In this document: one piece after another, positions 21,670 through 33,568 of the stretch
Layout of the letters: each line of letters opens with the position of its first letter
How positions within the stretch are numbered: the first letter of the stretch is position 1
IMG/VR virus record: IMGVR_UViG_3300032245_001746
Location: 248,001 to 312,000 of that record
DNA length: 64,000 nucleotides
Direction: 5' to 3' (one strand)
Made by a program: the position numbers and the translations under genes
The notes under the pieces: model-generated
Told to the model about the DNA's origin: nothing
The model's input: only the letters and a program-made list of their open reading frames with translations
Database searches by the model: none

Positions 21670-23316
21670 ACTCAGAGTTCTTCCAATCCAAGACAATCAA
21701 CAAAAGCCTTGACCAAATCACCATGAACACCACAATGAAGAACCTTGCCATCTGGATTGGTAAGATCAAATCCGTCACCATCGAGACATGGAAGAATGGA
21801 AAGAACGTGATTTTCCTGTCGATCGTAAATCCGAACAACATTGTTCTGAGGAATAACCTCAGTTGCGATATCAAATCGCTCATTAGAATCAGCAGCAGAT
21901 TCCAGACGGTCCTGAACAGAATTGGAATTACACATTTTTTTGTTCCTTTGAGTTGTGTGTTGTTCCGATATCGGAAGATTGTACAATCAAACTTCTTCAA
22001 GTGGCATTTCTCGTCCATATTGTTTAACATAATTAAACATATGAACATTAAAAATCATAGATGGATCAAATGGTGTTTCATTCCATTTTATGATTTTGTA
22101 GTTTGATCTAACAGGACGATAAATACCAAGATCAATCCAACGTGATGTATCTCGATTTTCGATATTTGCTGAAATCCAATTTCCAACCACAACTCCATCC
22201 ACCGCTACGAAAAAGCAATTTGGATTTATTGTGCTTTCAAGATATTGAATTTTCATTTCGTCTCGGTAATAGAGTTTCTGCCACTGGCATTGAAACAGAA
22301 TCAATTCCTTCGCCCAATGTTCCAATAGTAAACAATTTGATTCCAGTTGGAGACATTACATCCCAATCACGACGATTGTCTGAGTTTTTCAGACAAATCA
22401 GCCCGCTGCGTTTTTCAAAACGCCGAATTGAATCTGGTTTTTGTATTGGTTTTTTCCCGGAAAATTTAGATAGCAAGTAAGTTCGGATCATTGTCTCTCC
22501 AGTGTTGTTCCGATATCGAAGGATTGTACAATCAAACTTTATCAATTGATTTTGAAGAACGCAATACGATACGTTTCAATCAAAATCAAAGATACAAATC
22601 CAGAAAGCACAACCATTGAAAGAGATTTAAAGTTGACTTCTGGATTCATTACCATGTTGTTAAAGAAAACTACAATCATGCCAATGAAAAAACTCATCAG
22701 AATTTGAAGAAATCGCAAAAATCGACTCATGATTTTTTATGTTCCTGCATTGAAGGAATTGTACAATCAAACTTCCCAAGAGCACTCTGTTTCATGAAAT
22801 TGATTCAGGCATTCTCTTGAACAAAAAGATGGATCATCAGCAAATTCTGATTTAATCCTACCATCAAGAATATGTTTTCCACAAATATGACAACAAAACA
22901 TTTCTTTCAAATGATCAAGAATTGCTTGTTCAAGATTAGCAAAATGAGAAATCAGATTGCAAGTTTCAATTCCGCCACCAGAAAAGCAACTGGAAGCTAT
23001 TTCTTCAGCTTGTTTTTCAAGAGTATTGTGTCTTTTTACTTTTGACAAAGTCAATTGAAATTGTACAAAAGTATCAAGCAAAGCTCTAGCTTGAATATCG
23101 TTCATGTTGTTCTCCTAAGAGGAGATTGTACAATCAAACTTCAATTAACTGAAATCCATTTTCTCCAACCAATCAATGAAAACAACCAGAGCCAAGCTGA
23201 AAGCAAGAATGATTGGAAATCCAAGACAAATCAGATAATATGCAAATCCAACCCATACTGTGGAATATGCCAAAAGAGCTTTTTTCATTGTTTTCTCCTG
23301 AAACAGGATTGTACAA

Positions 23317-23691
23317 TCAAACTTCATCAATTGATTTCAAATGATCATTAAATTGTTGCATGAGTGAACGAATGTTCTCTCTTCCAACTGTATTTGCTGA
23401 ATGAACATAGAAATCAAAAGGTTTTGTGATATTTTTAACAATCCAATTGGCAACATCTTTGCCGGTTTTTGAGTTTTCACCAAGATCATGATCAAAAAAG
23501 ATAAGATCATATACATTTGACGAAAGATATGCAATTGCTTCGTCATAATTGCGAGCAATATGAACGTTTCGTCGATTTGCAGCAATGTATCTTCTTTGAT
23601 CTTCATTGAAATTGGGAAGCATTGCCTTTTCGCGATATCGAAAAGAACAAACATAACTAAAATCACGTTCATCATCAATGAAAAGAATCAT
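23317..23691 (-). CDS. Cyclic-phosphate-processing receiver-like domain protein
   Basis: LFIDDER, FFDHDLG, TGKDVANWI, VHSANTVGRENI. Confidence 0.75.
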   Translation of the reverse strand: MILFIDDERDFSYVCSFRYREKAMLPNFNEDQRRYIAANRRNVHIARNYDEAIAYLSSNVYDLIFFDHDLGENSKTGKDVANWIVKNITKPFDFYVHSANTVGRENIRSLMQQFNDHLKSIDEV

Positions 23692-23920
23692 TGTTAGCTT
23701 CCAAATTTAAGAAGATTAAGTAGAAATTGATTCAATGAATTCTTGTTCGAATTCTTTGAATGACAATTCATGAACAAAAACAATTGTGCCTTTATCGATA
23801 GGCACAATTTCATATTTAGTTTTTATTCTTTGAATCAAATTCACATAATCTTCTTCGTGATCATAAATCGCAACAACGACAACATTGCTTCGAATTAACA
23901 TGGTTTTTATCCAAAAATAA

Positions 23921-24006
23921 TGTCGGAGACGGGAATCGAACCCGTACGCCCCTTCCAGGACCCAGGATTTTAAGTCCTGTGCGTCTGCCTATTTCGCCAC
24001 TCCGAC
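23921..24006 (-). tRNA. tRNA-Leu(UAA)
   Basis: GTCGGAG/CTCCGAC acceptor, CAGGA-CTTAAAA-TCCTG, long variable arm, GTTCGATTC. Confidence 0.95.
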
Positions 24007-24332
24007 GCATTTAATCATTGTACAATCAAACTTCAGGGTTTGTTAATGGCCAAACAGAATATAACCATCTCAAACCCATTACATCAAATGCATCATCAAG
24101 TGATTTTCGAATTTTGTCAACATGCATAAAGGCTTCAGCCTCATTGAAAAATGGACCGTAAATTTGATGCACTCCATAGGGCTTTTCGACATAAATGATA
24201 AGAGTGTATTGCATGATCAGTCCATTTTGTTTGTTGACTTCTGACATCGTCACATTGTACAATCAAACTTCATTGATTAAGTGTAATAAAAAACAGGGAT
24301 GTTTCCACCCCTGTTTCTCAGATCAATTGCCC

Positions 24333-24536
24333 TTAACCATTATGATCAAAATCGAACTCAAATTCGTATTCGTCTTCAGACAAAAAGCAATCGAATTCTT
24401 CTTGAAGAATTTCATCAAAAAGAAGAATTTCTTCAATGTAATCATCAAGAAGAAGTTCGTCAAACAATTCGATTTCTTCTTCTCGATCTTCTTCAGTTGC
24501 TTCGAAGAAGTCGGGCAATGTGCTGGTACGAATCAT
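24333..24536 (-). CDS. Extremely acidic small protein (DNA-mimic candidate)
   Basis: MIRTSTLPDFFEATEEDREEEIELFDELLLDDYIEE...; start after AAGGA RBS; terminator downstream. Confidence 0.65.
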   Translation of the reverse strand: MIRTSTLPDFFEATEEDREEEIELFDELLLDDYIEEILLFDEILQEEFDCFLSEDEYEFEFDFDHNG

Positions 24537-27391
24537 TGGAAATTCCTTGAAGTTTTGATTGAATTGAACCAACATCAGTCAATTGTACAATCAAACTAAT
24601 GTGGCACCTTCCGGAATTTGCCATTTTTCATTTTCTGATGGTTTTGGCTTAAACCATGTTGATTCAATAGCATCAGAAGATGATTTTGCCATTGAACAAA
24701 TGGCATTTAATTGCCACATTGCTTCTTTCAAATCATTCCGAGCAGACAAAAATAATCGAATCAATGTCTCAACATTATCTCGATTCGATACAATTTCATC
24801 AATAATGTGTTCAGGTACTTCATCACATTTCTCTGCTTCATCAAGCAGAGATAAAATGTTTTGATTTGACACTTTTACTCTCCAGGTGGATACTTAGGAT
24901 CAGGGGCGGGTAAATGTTCTGATGATTTTTCTTTTTTTGGCCAATCATTTTTGGCATATCCGATATGTTGAGCCTGACCGCTTTGAATATCGGTAATGTC
25001 AATGATGTTTGACCATGTTCCTGAAATGTGTTTTCTTTCAAAACCAAATTCTTCAGCGTAATGATCAAGAATCTGGTTTAATGAAAGAAACTCGATTCTA
25101 TGGACAACAAGGACTGTAAATACCTGATTGTCATAAAATACTACAATGCCATTTTCCATTGAATTCTCTCATTGGAGACAGATTGTACAATCAAACTCTT
25201 ACCACCAGAAAACGATTTTGTGTGGAATCTTTTTTGTGGGAAGAATGATTTCAAATTTATCGTATCGAACACGAAACAATTCAACCTCAAAATCCATACT
25301 TACAGGATTTACAGGCAAATTTAATGGAGATTCCGTGTTTTTAGCTTTGTATCTTACTAATACTCCACGGGGTCCACTGGAGACAGATTCGACTTGATCA
25401 ATACAATTTTGATCAAATGATCTTCTGAAAGCATCAAGTTTGTCAAAATCTTCTGATGTTTTTGCAATAATGCTGATTTTTTCAAAACTCATGTGCAACT
25501 CAGCCTTTTAATTGAGAATCGCCAATTACTGTCAATCCATTTTGATTTTTTGAGGGTTTCCATTTCGGATTGAAAAACGCCATTTTGCGCCAGCCCAAGA
25601 AACCACCCAACCTGATTCTGAAATCACTTTACGATTTTCATCGTAAATTTTACCTCCAATCAAATGTTGTTCCACATAAAGAAAACCCTCTGGATCACAT
25701 TTTTCATGAAAATTTTCAAGTTGCTTTGCGATTTTTGATAATTGAGATGAAATCTCAAGTTTTAGTTCAGCAAGTTTTCTTGCTTCAACCAAAGTGGTAT
25801 AATCATTTGCTTGTGGAAATTTGTTCATTTGTTAGGCTTTCGACAACAAGAGATTGTACAATCAAACATTCTTTTCGTCTTGAGGCAAACCCCATGCTCT
25901 TTCAATATCAAATTCGTCAAATTGCCAGAGTTCTTCTGGAGAATGTTGCTTTAACAATTGATGATTAGCAAAATGACGGTTTTTGATACTAATTGCTGCT
26001 CTCAAACCATTTTTCAAGCCTTGCAAATAGGCTTTTTGCCGTTCTTCTTCAATCAATTCAAGAATTGTTTTGTTTTGATTGACAGATTCTTCAAATGGTG
26101 GTGAAAATCTTGCATCATTCAAATCGAAAAGTCGTGCATTTACAATACTTCCATCATGATTTGCAACATGAAATCCATTTTGCTTTTCGAAAGTATCAAC
26201 AATACGACCCGAACTAATCAGTTTTCTGAACATCGTTTTCCCCTTACCAGTTTGAGTTTGATCCGAACACTGATCAATTGTACAATCAAACTGTAAATCC
26301 TGCAAATCTCATCAGATAGATAAATTTACGTTTGATTTTAATCCATAAATAATTCAGATTAGATCTGAAATTATTTCTTTGGACCACAGAGAAAGGACTT
26401 AATTGAGTTAACACATTTGTTCTCAAGTTAACAGCCCAAAATCGTCCTAGATTTTGAAATGCATCTCTTGATGATGGAATGTAAAACACTTCACCAACAG
26501 AAAGTTGGTTAAGCGTGAAATCAAATCCATGCTTTTTACTGTTTTTTGTGAAAACTTCATTCAATTTTTGAAGGCTGTTTGATTTCATCTTGAAATTCCA
26601 TGAATTGGAAGGTGTTTGTACACAAACATTGTACAATCAAACTTTATTTTCGTTCGATTTCTACACAATAAATTATCGAACTTCCAGAAGATCCTTGTTC
26701 AGAAAACAACCAACCTGCTTTTTCCAACTTTACTTCATTAGCCACATGAAGTTTTTCTTTCAAATAGATCGTCATTCTTGCATTTTCATCTGCTTTGATA
26801 TAAAAATCTTTCAAATGAAGAGCAATTTCAGCCAATTGTTCTTCTTCATTTTTCCTTGTCCGGTTCATGAACCAATTGAATTGTTCATTCGATGACGGAA
26901 TATTCACCGATTTTTTCATTGTTCGTTGCTCAGAAGTTGTAGAACTTGTTTTCCTGACCATTTTGTTTTCCTTCAAACAGAAACCGCAGTTTCTGTAGCA
27001 TGTGCAACATAAATTGTTGAATTTGGATCTTTTGGATCTTTTGGAAACTGGAAACTCATGCCAACTTTAGTGGTTTTTGGATAAAAACCAAACTTGGTCT
27101 GAAACTTTTCCGGAGAAAGAGCACAAACTGGAATTCCATTTTCCAATACAACGATAGCAACTTCGCCTGACATCGTAAGAACCATGACGATTTTCCTTTG
27201 ATTTTTTTTGGAAGCTAACCGATGTTGATCAATTGTACAATCAAACTAAAAAAGACAGATTTCCACGTTGCCCTTCGAAAGATAATTATCTTGATTAGTT
27301 ACCAATCAAAATAATTATCTTTTCTTCTCACAGCTTCCGTTTCTTTTTAAAGTCGGTCGCATCTCTGCTTCTATCCAACTTCTGTCTTTTT

Positions 27392-27880
27392 TTAGATCAT
27401 ATTTGCACCAAATTCAGGATATTCAGTACCTCTCATTTCTGAAGGACCGCCATCATATTTTGTGTGATGTGGATTTTTCAACAAATGAAATGCAAAATTC
27501 CACAACCAATTTCGTTGAAGTTTTGACATTCTTTCATGAAAAGAATGGAATCTTGCATAAATGATTCTTTGTGCTTTTTCTTTCAATTCAGCACATTGAA
27601 CCAACTGAATGTCAAAATGCGTTTTGCCAACAAATTTTCTTAACACACAAACAACTTGTTGGTCAACATATGTTGCTGGTGCAGCAATGGTTGAATAACC
27701 ATTTGACAGTAAATCCGAATGTGTTTTTTCTGTGAATTCGACAAAAAAGTCGTAATCATTTGGGTTTTTACTTCCAAAGTATCTTGACCCAGTCAGATAA
27801 AACAAGACGTTCATCTTATCCAATTCAGCTAATTCAGCTTTAATTGGATCGCACTCAGCAATTGAGCTTCCACGAATCAT
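27392..27880 (-). CDS. Pol-beta superfamily nucleotidyltransferase
   Basis: LTGSRYFG...NDYDFF and a downstream DIQL acidic residue. Confidence 0.7.
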   Translation of the reverse strand: MIRGSSIAECDPIKAELAELDKMNVLFYLTGSRYFGSKNPNDYDFFVEFTEKTHSDLLSNGYSTIAAPATYVDQQVVCVLRKFVGKTHFDIQLVQCAELKEKAQRIIYARFHSFHERMSKLQRNWLWNFAFHLLKNPHHTKYDGGPSEMRGTEYPEFGANMI

Positions 27881-28059
27881 CTGAAATTTCCTTGTTTTTT
27901 CGCTTTGAATCTCTCGACATCAACACATTGTACAATCAAACTCTGTGAAACCAATCTTTGATTTTCCAATAACCCGAATGTAAACAAACAAACGGAACGA
28001 AAATCAAGAAGAAATAAAAAACCCAACCAGCATGTTTCAAACTTTTAATCATAAACCCT

Positions 28060-28635
28060 CTATTCATAGATTGAAAAGATTGCATTATATGCCTTCATTT
28101 CATAGGCAAGTGCATCACTTTCCACCAGAGAATCATTTCCTTCGTTGTAGATCAGAAAAGAAAGTGTATATTTAATGAATTTTGTGTAATTCTGTCTGCT
28201 ATGACGATATTCATGTGCTAATGTAACAGCAATGATACCATCAGATTCAGAAAAAACAGATTTGTTAACATACAACTTTTTGCTGATAAAGTCGTATTTT
28301 GCAAAATACCCCTTATCGTCATTGGTAAATACCAATTCCTTGTTTTCAATCTTTTCCTTAATCCAAATTGCAATTTTTGGATTAACCTCTTCCAAAATTT
28401 GGATAGCATTTTGGAGAGATTCCAGTCTTACCGAATCTGGAGTATTGGTGAAAATACTGTATTTGTTTGAAACAATGTGTGGATCAATGTTAATCAAACT
28501 TTTGAAGTCATCAATTTCTGAGTCTTTTTTGCAATCAAAAAGAATGAAAGCCAAAAGACTCAGACAAATTGTTGCCAACACACTTTTCTTGCAAAAAAAT
28601 TCAAACATGATTGTTCTCTTCATAAGAGTTTTCAC
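28060..28635 (-). CDS. Zincin-like metallopeptidase with N-terminal signal/anchor
   Basis: LAHEYRH (HExxH) and downstream ESDA; hydrophobic N-terminus. Confidence 0.65.
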   Translation of the reverse strand: MKTLMKRTIMFEFFCKKSVLATICLSLLAFILFDCKKDSEIDDFKSLINIDPHIVSNKYSIFTNTPDSVRLESLQNAIQILEEVNPKIAIWIKEKIENKELVFTNDDKGYFAKYDFISKKLYVNKSVFSESDGIIAVTLAHEYRHSRQNYTKFIKYTLSFLIYNEGNDSLVESDALAYEMKAYNAIFSIYE

Positions 28636-30386
28636 CTTGATTCATATGAAGAGATTGTACAATCAAACTTTAGTTTGTCAAAATTGACTGAATTTCAGGT
28701 GCAAACAAATTGGCATTAGTTTCTGGCAAAGTCTCAACAATATGTTTGACAAGCATTGTTTTTGCTTCTGTCAACATAAGAGACAAATATTCTTGTGTAG
28801 CCAGAAAAGAAAAATCGTCTGCAAATCTGTTGAGAAATGCCTGTTTCAGAATTAACGATGGAAGCTGATCAGCAATAATGTGTGCAATATTAATCACCAA
28901 AATAGGTGAAATAAGCGTGAATTTTGATGATCTTGACCAACTCCAAGTAGCAACACGACTGTTCATTCTTGGATTTTTAGTATCCAACATTTCAGTGAAT
29001 TGATCACATTTTTCATCTCTTGAAATGACAATATATTCAGTTTTCAGAGTGTTTTCTCCATTATCATGTTGTAAACGCTGTGTTGGAAAAAAATACTTTG
29101 AAGTAATTGGTTTCAATGTAAGAAACTCTGAAAGCGTCATGTTTTTATTCCTAAAAGAGTTAGTAAAGACACATTGTACAATCAAACTGAATCAAATTCT
29201 AAGATTTGTTTGACTCAATAATATCCTGCATTTTTTTGTTGTAAATATCAACTAATTGTTGATATTCTGTGTTGAAACAATGTTGATTAATTGCGGACGG
29301 CATGTTGACCAACACAACCGCCAAACAAATAATAACAATTATTCCATAGATGTGTGTGAACATGGTTGGTGATCCAAATCAATCGCAGTCAAAATTTTAT
29401 TCAAGTGAATCCCACAAGAATTGACATATGGTAACACAAAAACTGTGCCAGATTCACAATTCAATAACTCTTCTTGCAATTGACTATACCAATTCAGAGT
29501 TCTGAATTTATGATCTTCTTTAGAAGCTGATTCCAATTCATCCAAAGCTTCCAACAAATTCAGTTCTTTTGAAATTGAAAGATTTTCATCTATCAAAATG
29601 AAAAAACGCTTTGTCATGTGAAATCATTTCTTGAAAAAAAAGAATAAAAAACAGTGGTTCGGAATCGTTTTGTTTTTTACCTAATGTCAATATTATTTTA
29701 GACTCAGGTGATTCGTTCCACTGTTTTTAGTTTTTCAACGAATAGTTCTCTGAAGAAAAGTCAAATCAAGTTGATTTCTTTCATTCAATCCAACTGCACG
29801 AATCAAATCAATTGTTTGAAAACACAACTTGACCGCTTTGAACACTTCCCAAGGATTCATACAATTATTCAAAATTTCAACCAACGCATCAGTACGTGGA
29901 AGAATCATTCCCATACACACAACAGTTTCACCTGTTTCATCAATAACCATTTTGATCGCATGATTTCCTGGAAGCTTTTCAATTCCAATCATCGTTCCAA
30001 AAATGACATTGTTGTCAGAATCAATGTGAATAATCTGCACTTGAATTACCTTTTGTTGAAAGAATTGTTAGTTCGATGTGAAGGAATTGTACAAGCAAAC
30101 TCAAAACAAGTTTGTGTAAAAATACTTTGCCAAATTTACACCAGCATATCCCAACACTGAACAAAGGAACACAATTACAATCGTTGCAATTACGAAAGCA
30201 ATTCGATCTTGAATCCAATAATTCTTTGGTTTTTCAAGAAAGATTCTTACCTTATCAGTTAAAGTAAAAAATGAAGCTGCAATTAACATTCCAATTACAG
30301 CATAAAAGAAAATTGAAGTAATCGTGGTCAACATGAAAATCTCCTGAGTTTTGTAAACTAACATACACTCATTGTACAATCAAACT

Positions 30387-30692
30387 TCAATCCAGTCTAA
30401 TTGTATTTCCTTTTAAAAATCCACTTGTTACCGCACCAGTAACAATATGTCCACTTGGTGATTTTGCCTTGAAACCAGTAGAAAATGTATCGCTTTTTGA
30501 TTTCATCCAAGGACGCCAACCAGTAATTTCAATTTCAGTGTAACCCTGTTCAGATAATACTCTTTTTGTATTATCAGGATCAATTGCACCACCATTTGCA
30601 ATCAAAATAACAAAAAAGAGTATTATCCCACAAAAGATCATTTCAATCAAACTAATTCTTTTCATTTCACTTTTCCTTTTAAAAACAGACAA
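30387..30692 (-). CDS. Conserved phage membrane-anchored protein
   Basis: TM segment then LSEQGYTEIEITG...DTFSTGFKA...GAVTSG, a pattern common in myophages. Confidence 0.55.
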   Translation of the reverse strand: MSVFKRKSEMKRISLIEMIFCGIILFFVILIANGGAIDPDNTKRVLSEQGYTEIEITGWRPWMKSKSDTFSTGFKAKSPSGHIVTGAVTSGFLKGNTIRLD

Positions 30693-30698
30693 TCAGAG

Positions 30699-31109
30699 TT
30701 AAATGAAAGTTTTCCGAATATTTCCCGTTGATACTTTCCAAGTATAACCCGAATCCTGACTGTTTTGAGTATCTGAAAATAACTCAAGAATTATTTCGCT
30801 CTCATCACATGATTTAATTAACTCTGTTTCAGTTAATAAATCACGAATGGAATTCGTCTTATTCATTTCATCTTCATCATCCCAACCCATATTTTGCAGG
30901 GCTTGACCAAAAATACAACCCTTACAATCTGGTCCAGCCAATTTATTACCATCTATTGCTGGTCCATTCCAGGAACAAAGAACAACATGGTCAGAAGTGT
31001 TATAACGAAAATCAGGGTTTTCGTCTGCCAAACGAACAACTTCTTTTCTCAATTTCTCAAAAAAATCAAGTTGAGTACCATTACTCAGAATCACTTCTGA
31101 AATCTTCAT
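30699..31109 (-). CDS. Family A (CKGCIFGQALQNMGW) protein
   Basis: ENPDF.Y, GPDCKGCIFGQALQNMGW, QDSG.TW. Confidence 0.8.
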   Translation of the reverse strand: MKISEVILSNGTQLDFFEKLRKEVVRLADENPDFRYNTSDHVVLCSWNGPAIDGNKLAGPDCKGCIFGQALQNMGWDDEDEMNKTNSIRDLLTETELIKSCDESEIILELFSDTQNSQDSGYTWKVSTGNIRKTFI

Positions 31110-31168
31110 GTTGTATCCTTGTTATTAAGAGTTGGAGTGGAATCAATTATTCCACACGTTAATGCTAT

Positions 31169-31330
31169 TTATTCTAAAGTGCGACTCAAAAATGAATGAA
31201 TAACTACATTTCCACTTTTTCGTGTTTCATAGCAATTCAAACATTCAAATAATCCAACACTACATGTTCGAATTAACGTACCAGCCCTTCCATTTCCTGC
31301 CTTGCAGGTTTCACACTGATTAAATGTCAT
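31169..31330 (-). CDS. 53-aa CxxC...CxxC zinc-finger-like protein (not in ORF track)
   Basis: MTFNQCETCKAGNGRAG...ECLNCYETRK...; ATGA overlap with the upstream stop. Confidence 0.55.
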   Translation of the reverse strand: MTFNQCETCKAGNGRAGTLIRTCSVGLFECLNCYETRKSGNVVIHSFLSRTLE

Positions 31331-31773
31331 GGATTTTTACTTGTTTCTTGAAGCAATTTTGAAATTCTTTCAATTGCTTTACCCCAGGATGCTCCATTAT
31401 CCTGATCAACTTGTGTATCCCTAAAAGATACAATCCATTTGTGAGTTCGAGGAGTTAAAATATCAGCATATTCTGTACACAGTATTTCTGATATATTGTG
31501 TCCACAATTCATTTCGTTTTCATCATCCCAACCCATATTTTGCAGGGCTTGACCAAAAATACAACCCTTACAATCTGGTCCAGCTTGAATTGGTGTCACA
31601 GATAAAGATGTTTTCAAAGTTGCTGGACCATTGTAATGGCAAGAAGCAAGCCTTTCAGAAGTATTATACTGAAAATCAGGATTTTCCGTTCCCAATTTAA
31701 CTACTTCTACTGCCACTTGCTTTACAAACTCAAGTTCAGAATTGAACTTGGCAATAATTTCTTTTAAATTCAT
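31327..31773 (-). CDS. Family A protein
   Basis: Same motifs as 30699-31109. Confidence 0.8.
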   Translation of the reverse strand: MNLKEIIAKFNSELEFVKQVAVEVVKLGTENPDFQYNTSERLASCHYNGPATLKTSLSVTPIQAGPDCKGCIFGQALQNMGWDDENEMNCGHNISEILCTEYADILTPRTHKWIVSFRDTQVDQDNGASWGKAIERISKLLQETSKNP

Positions 31774-32810
31774 GATGTTATCCTTGTGGTTGATGTCACT
31801 CTATTGTACAATCAAACTTGATTTGATTTTACCACCATTCAGGTATTTCTTGATTTTTTTGATCTTCTTGATTTACATCAGAAATAACAAAAACTGGTGT
31901 TAGATTACCGTTTTGTTTCAATTTGATGTACATGCCTTTTACGATATATTTAATTTCACCTTGATACAACAAAACTGTATCACCTGTCTGAAGAATAACG
32001 TTTGACATGATTTTTATCTCAAATGGACTATAACAGAATTGAACTGTTTCTAATCACTATTATCGTGATCGTGCTCCGTACACTAATAATCCAGAGTTTT
32101 CAACCAACCAAATGAATTACCAGCGAAATGATACTGGAAATTGCACAAACAATTGTTGAAATCCAAAGACCAATAGTAACATAAAACTTCTCGAAACCAA
32201 TCGAATGCAATTTGTGAGAATTCAACTTATTCAAATCCATCTTGGATACATTTCCAAAAATAGATCGCACAGCAAAAACATGCCATGCCACAGTTGCAAC
32301 AAACAAAACCACAGCAGAAACAGCAAAAATAACAAACAAATTCATTGCCGTCATTTTCTCAACTCCAAAAAGAAATTCAAAACATCAATCGTAAAATAAA
32401 TGGGTTCATTTTTTTGATCAACACCCGTTGTGTGACCATGAATCCATTTTTCAAATTGATCAACAAGACCAAATCCATCCAAATAATCAAACAGAAATTT
32501 CTGTGTATATCCCAACGCAGTGTTGGGAAGAATATGAATTTGTGATTTGATCCGCTCAATTGCAGTATCAACAACCAAATATTTCAATTCTTCAAGAGAA
32601 ATGTTGCCATGAACTGGATGGGTATATGGCTTGTTGTCTCGAAAACAAGCCAATGCAGCCTGAACTTCTTTCAAAGCTGAAAAGGAAATTGAAGACAATT
32701 GTTCTTTTTTGCTCATCTTATAACTCCAGAAAAGATTGATATTAACACATTGTACAATCAAACTTCATTGTATTAAAACAAAAAAAGAACAGGAAAATTT
32801 CCTGTTCTTT

Positions 32811-32896
32811 AGCGATTTTTTAATAATTAGTGTTTTACTCGTCATTAACTAGAAAGTTAATTCTAATTAATACACCGCCAAACGCTCCACACTAAT
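32811..32896 (-). ncRNA. Pseudoknotted RNA motif, copy 2
   Basis: Same conserved core; followed directly by terminator 32780-32810. Confidence 0.75.
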
Positions 32897-33182
32897 GTTC
32901 TACTTTATACTATTGTGAGTATTAAATCCTAATCAATAAGTAGAAAAATGATTAGGTCAAAAATATGATTAACAGAACAGTTGTTCCATTGCTTTGTCAA
33001 ATTCTTTTTCTGACATAGAACTCAAAACACCAATTTCAGGTGCCTTAGAAACAAACTTATTCTGATTTGTCTGCAAATTCGTAATGGTAAATCCACCATT
33101 CTCAGATCGAATTCTGTATTTTTTACTTTGAACGTTCATCATTTCTCACAATCCTTCATTGTACAATCAAACTTCATGAAGT

Positions 33183-33297
33183 TGAACAATTAACTAATTA
33201 CCTAATAAAAGTGGCACAATTCTAATTAAATAAGTTGTACTAGGCAGATATTTTGTACCTATTAGGTAATCCACCCTGATAATTAGTTAGTTGCTCA
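33183..33297 (-). ncRNA. Rod-like non-coding cassette between two elements
   Basis: Nested inverted repeats CAATTAACTAATTA/TAATTAGTTAGTTG and ATTACCTAATA/TATTAGGTAAT; no ORF. Confidence 0.5.
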
Positions 33298-33385
33298 AAC
33301 TCACAATTCTCGTATTGTACAATCAAACTTCATTAGAAGTAAATAAATAAAACAGGGAATAAGAATTCATCATTCCTATTCCCCG

Positions 33386-33463
33386 AGCGATTTTTTAATA
33401 CTTAACGTTTTACTCGTACGTTTGTAATAAATACAAACACATCGCTAAACGCTCCACGTTAAG
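33386..33463 (-). ncRNA. Pseudoknotted RNA motif, copy 3
   Basis: P1 changed to CUUAACGU/ACGUUAAG (compensatory), core conserved; terminator follows. Confidence 0.75.
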
Positions 33464-33568
33464 ATAATTGACCCCCAACATCATGGTCAATTGGACTAAT
33501 TTTATCTGTAATAATTACCTCAAAACAACAACAAAAATTAGTTAAAAACCATTGTTTTGAGTGATGTA

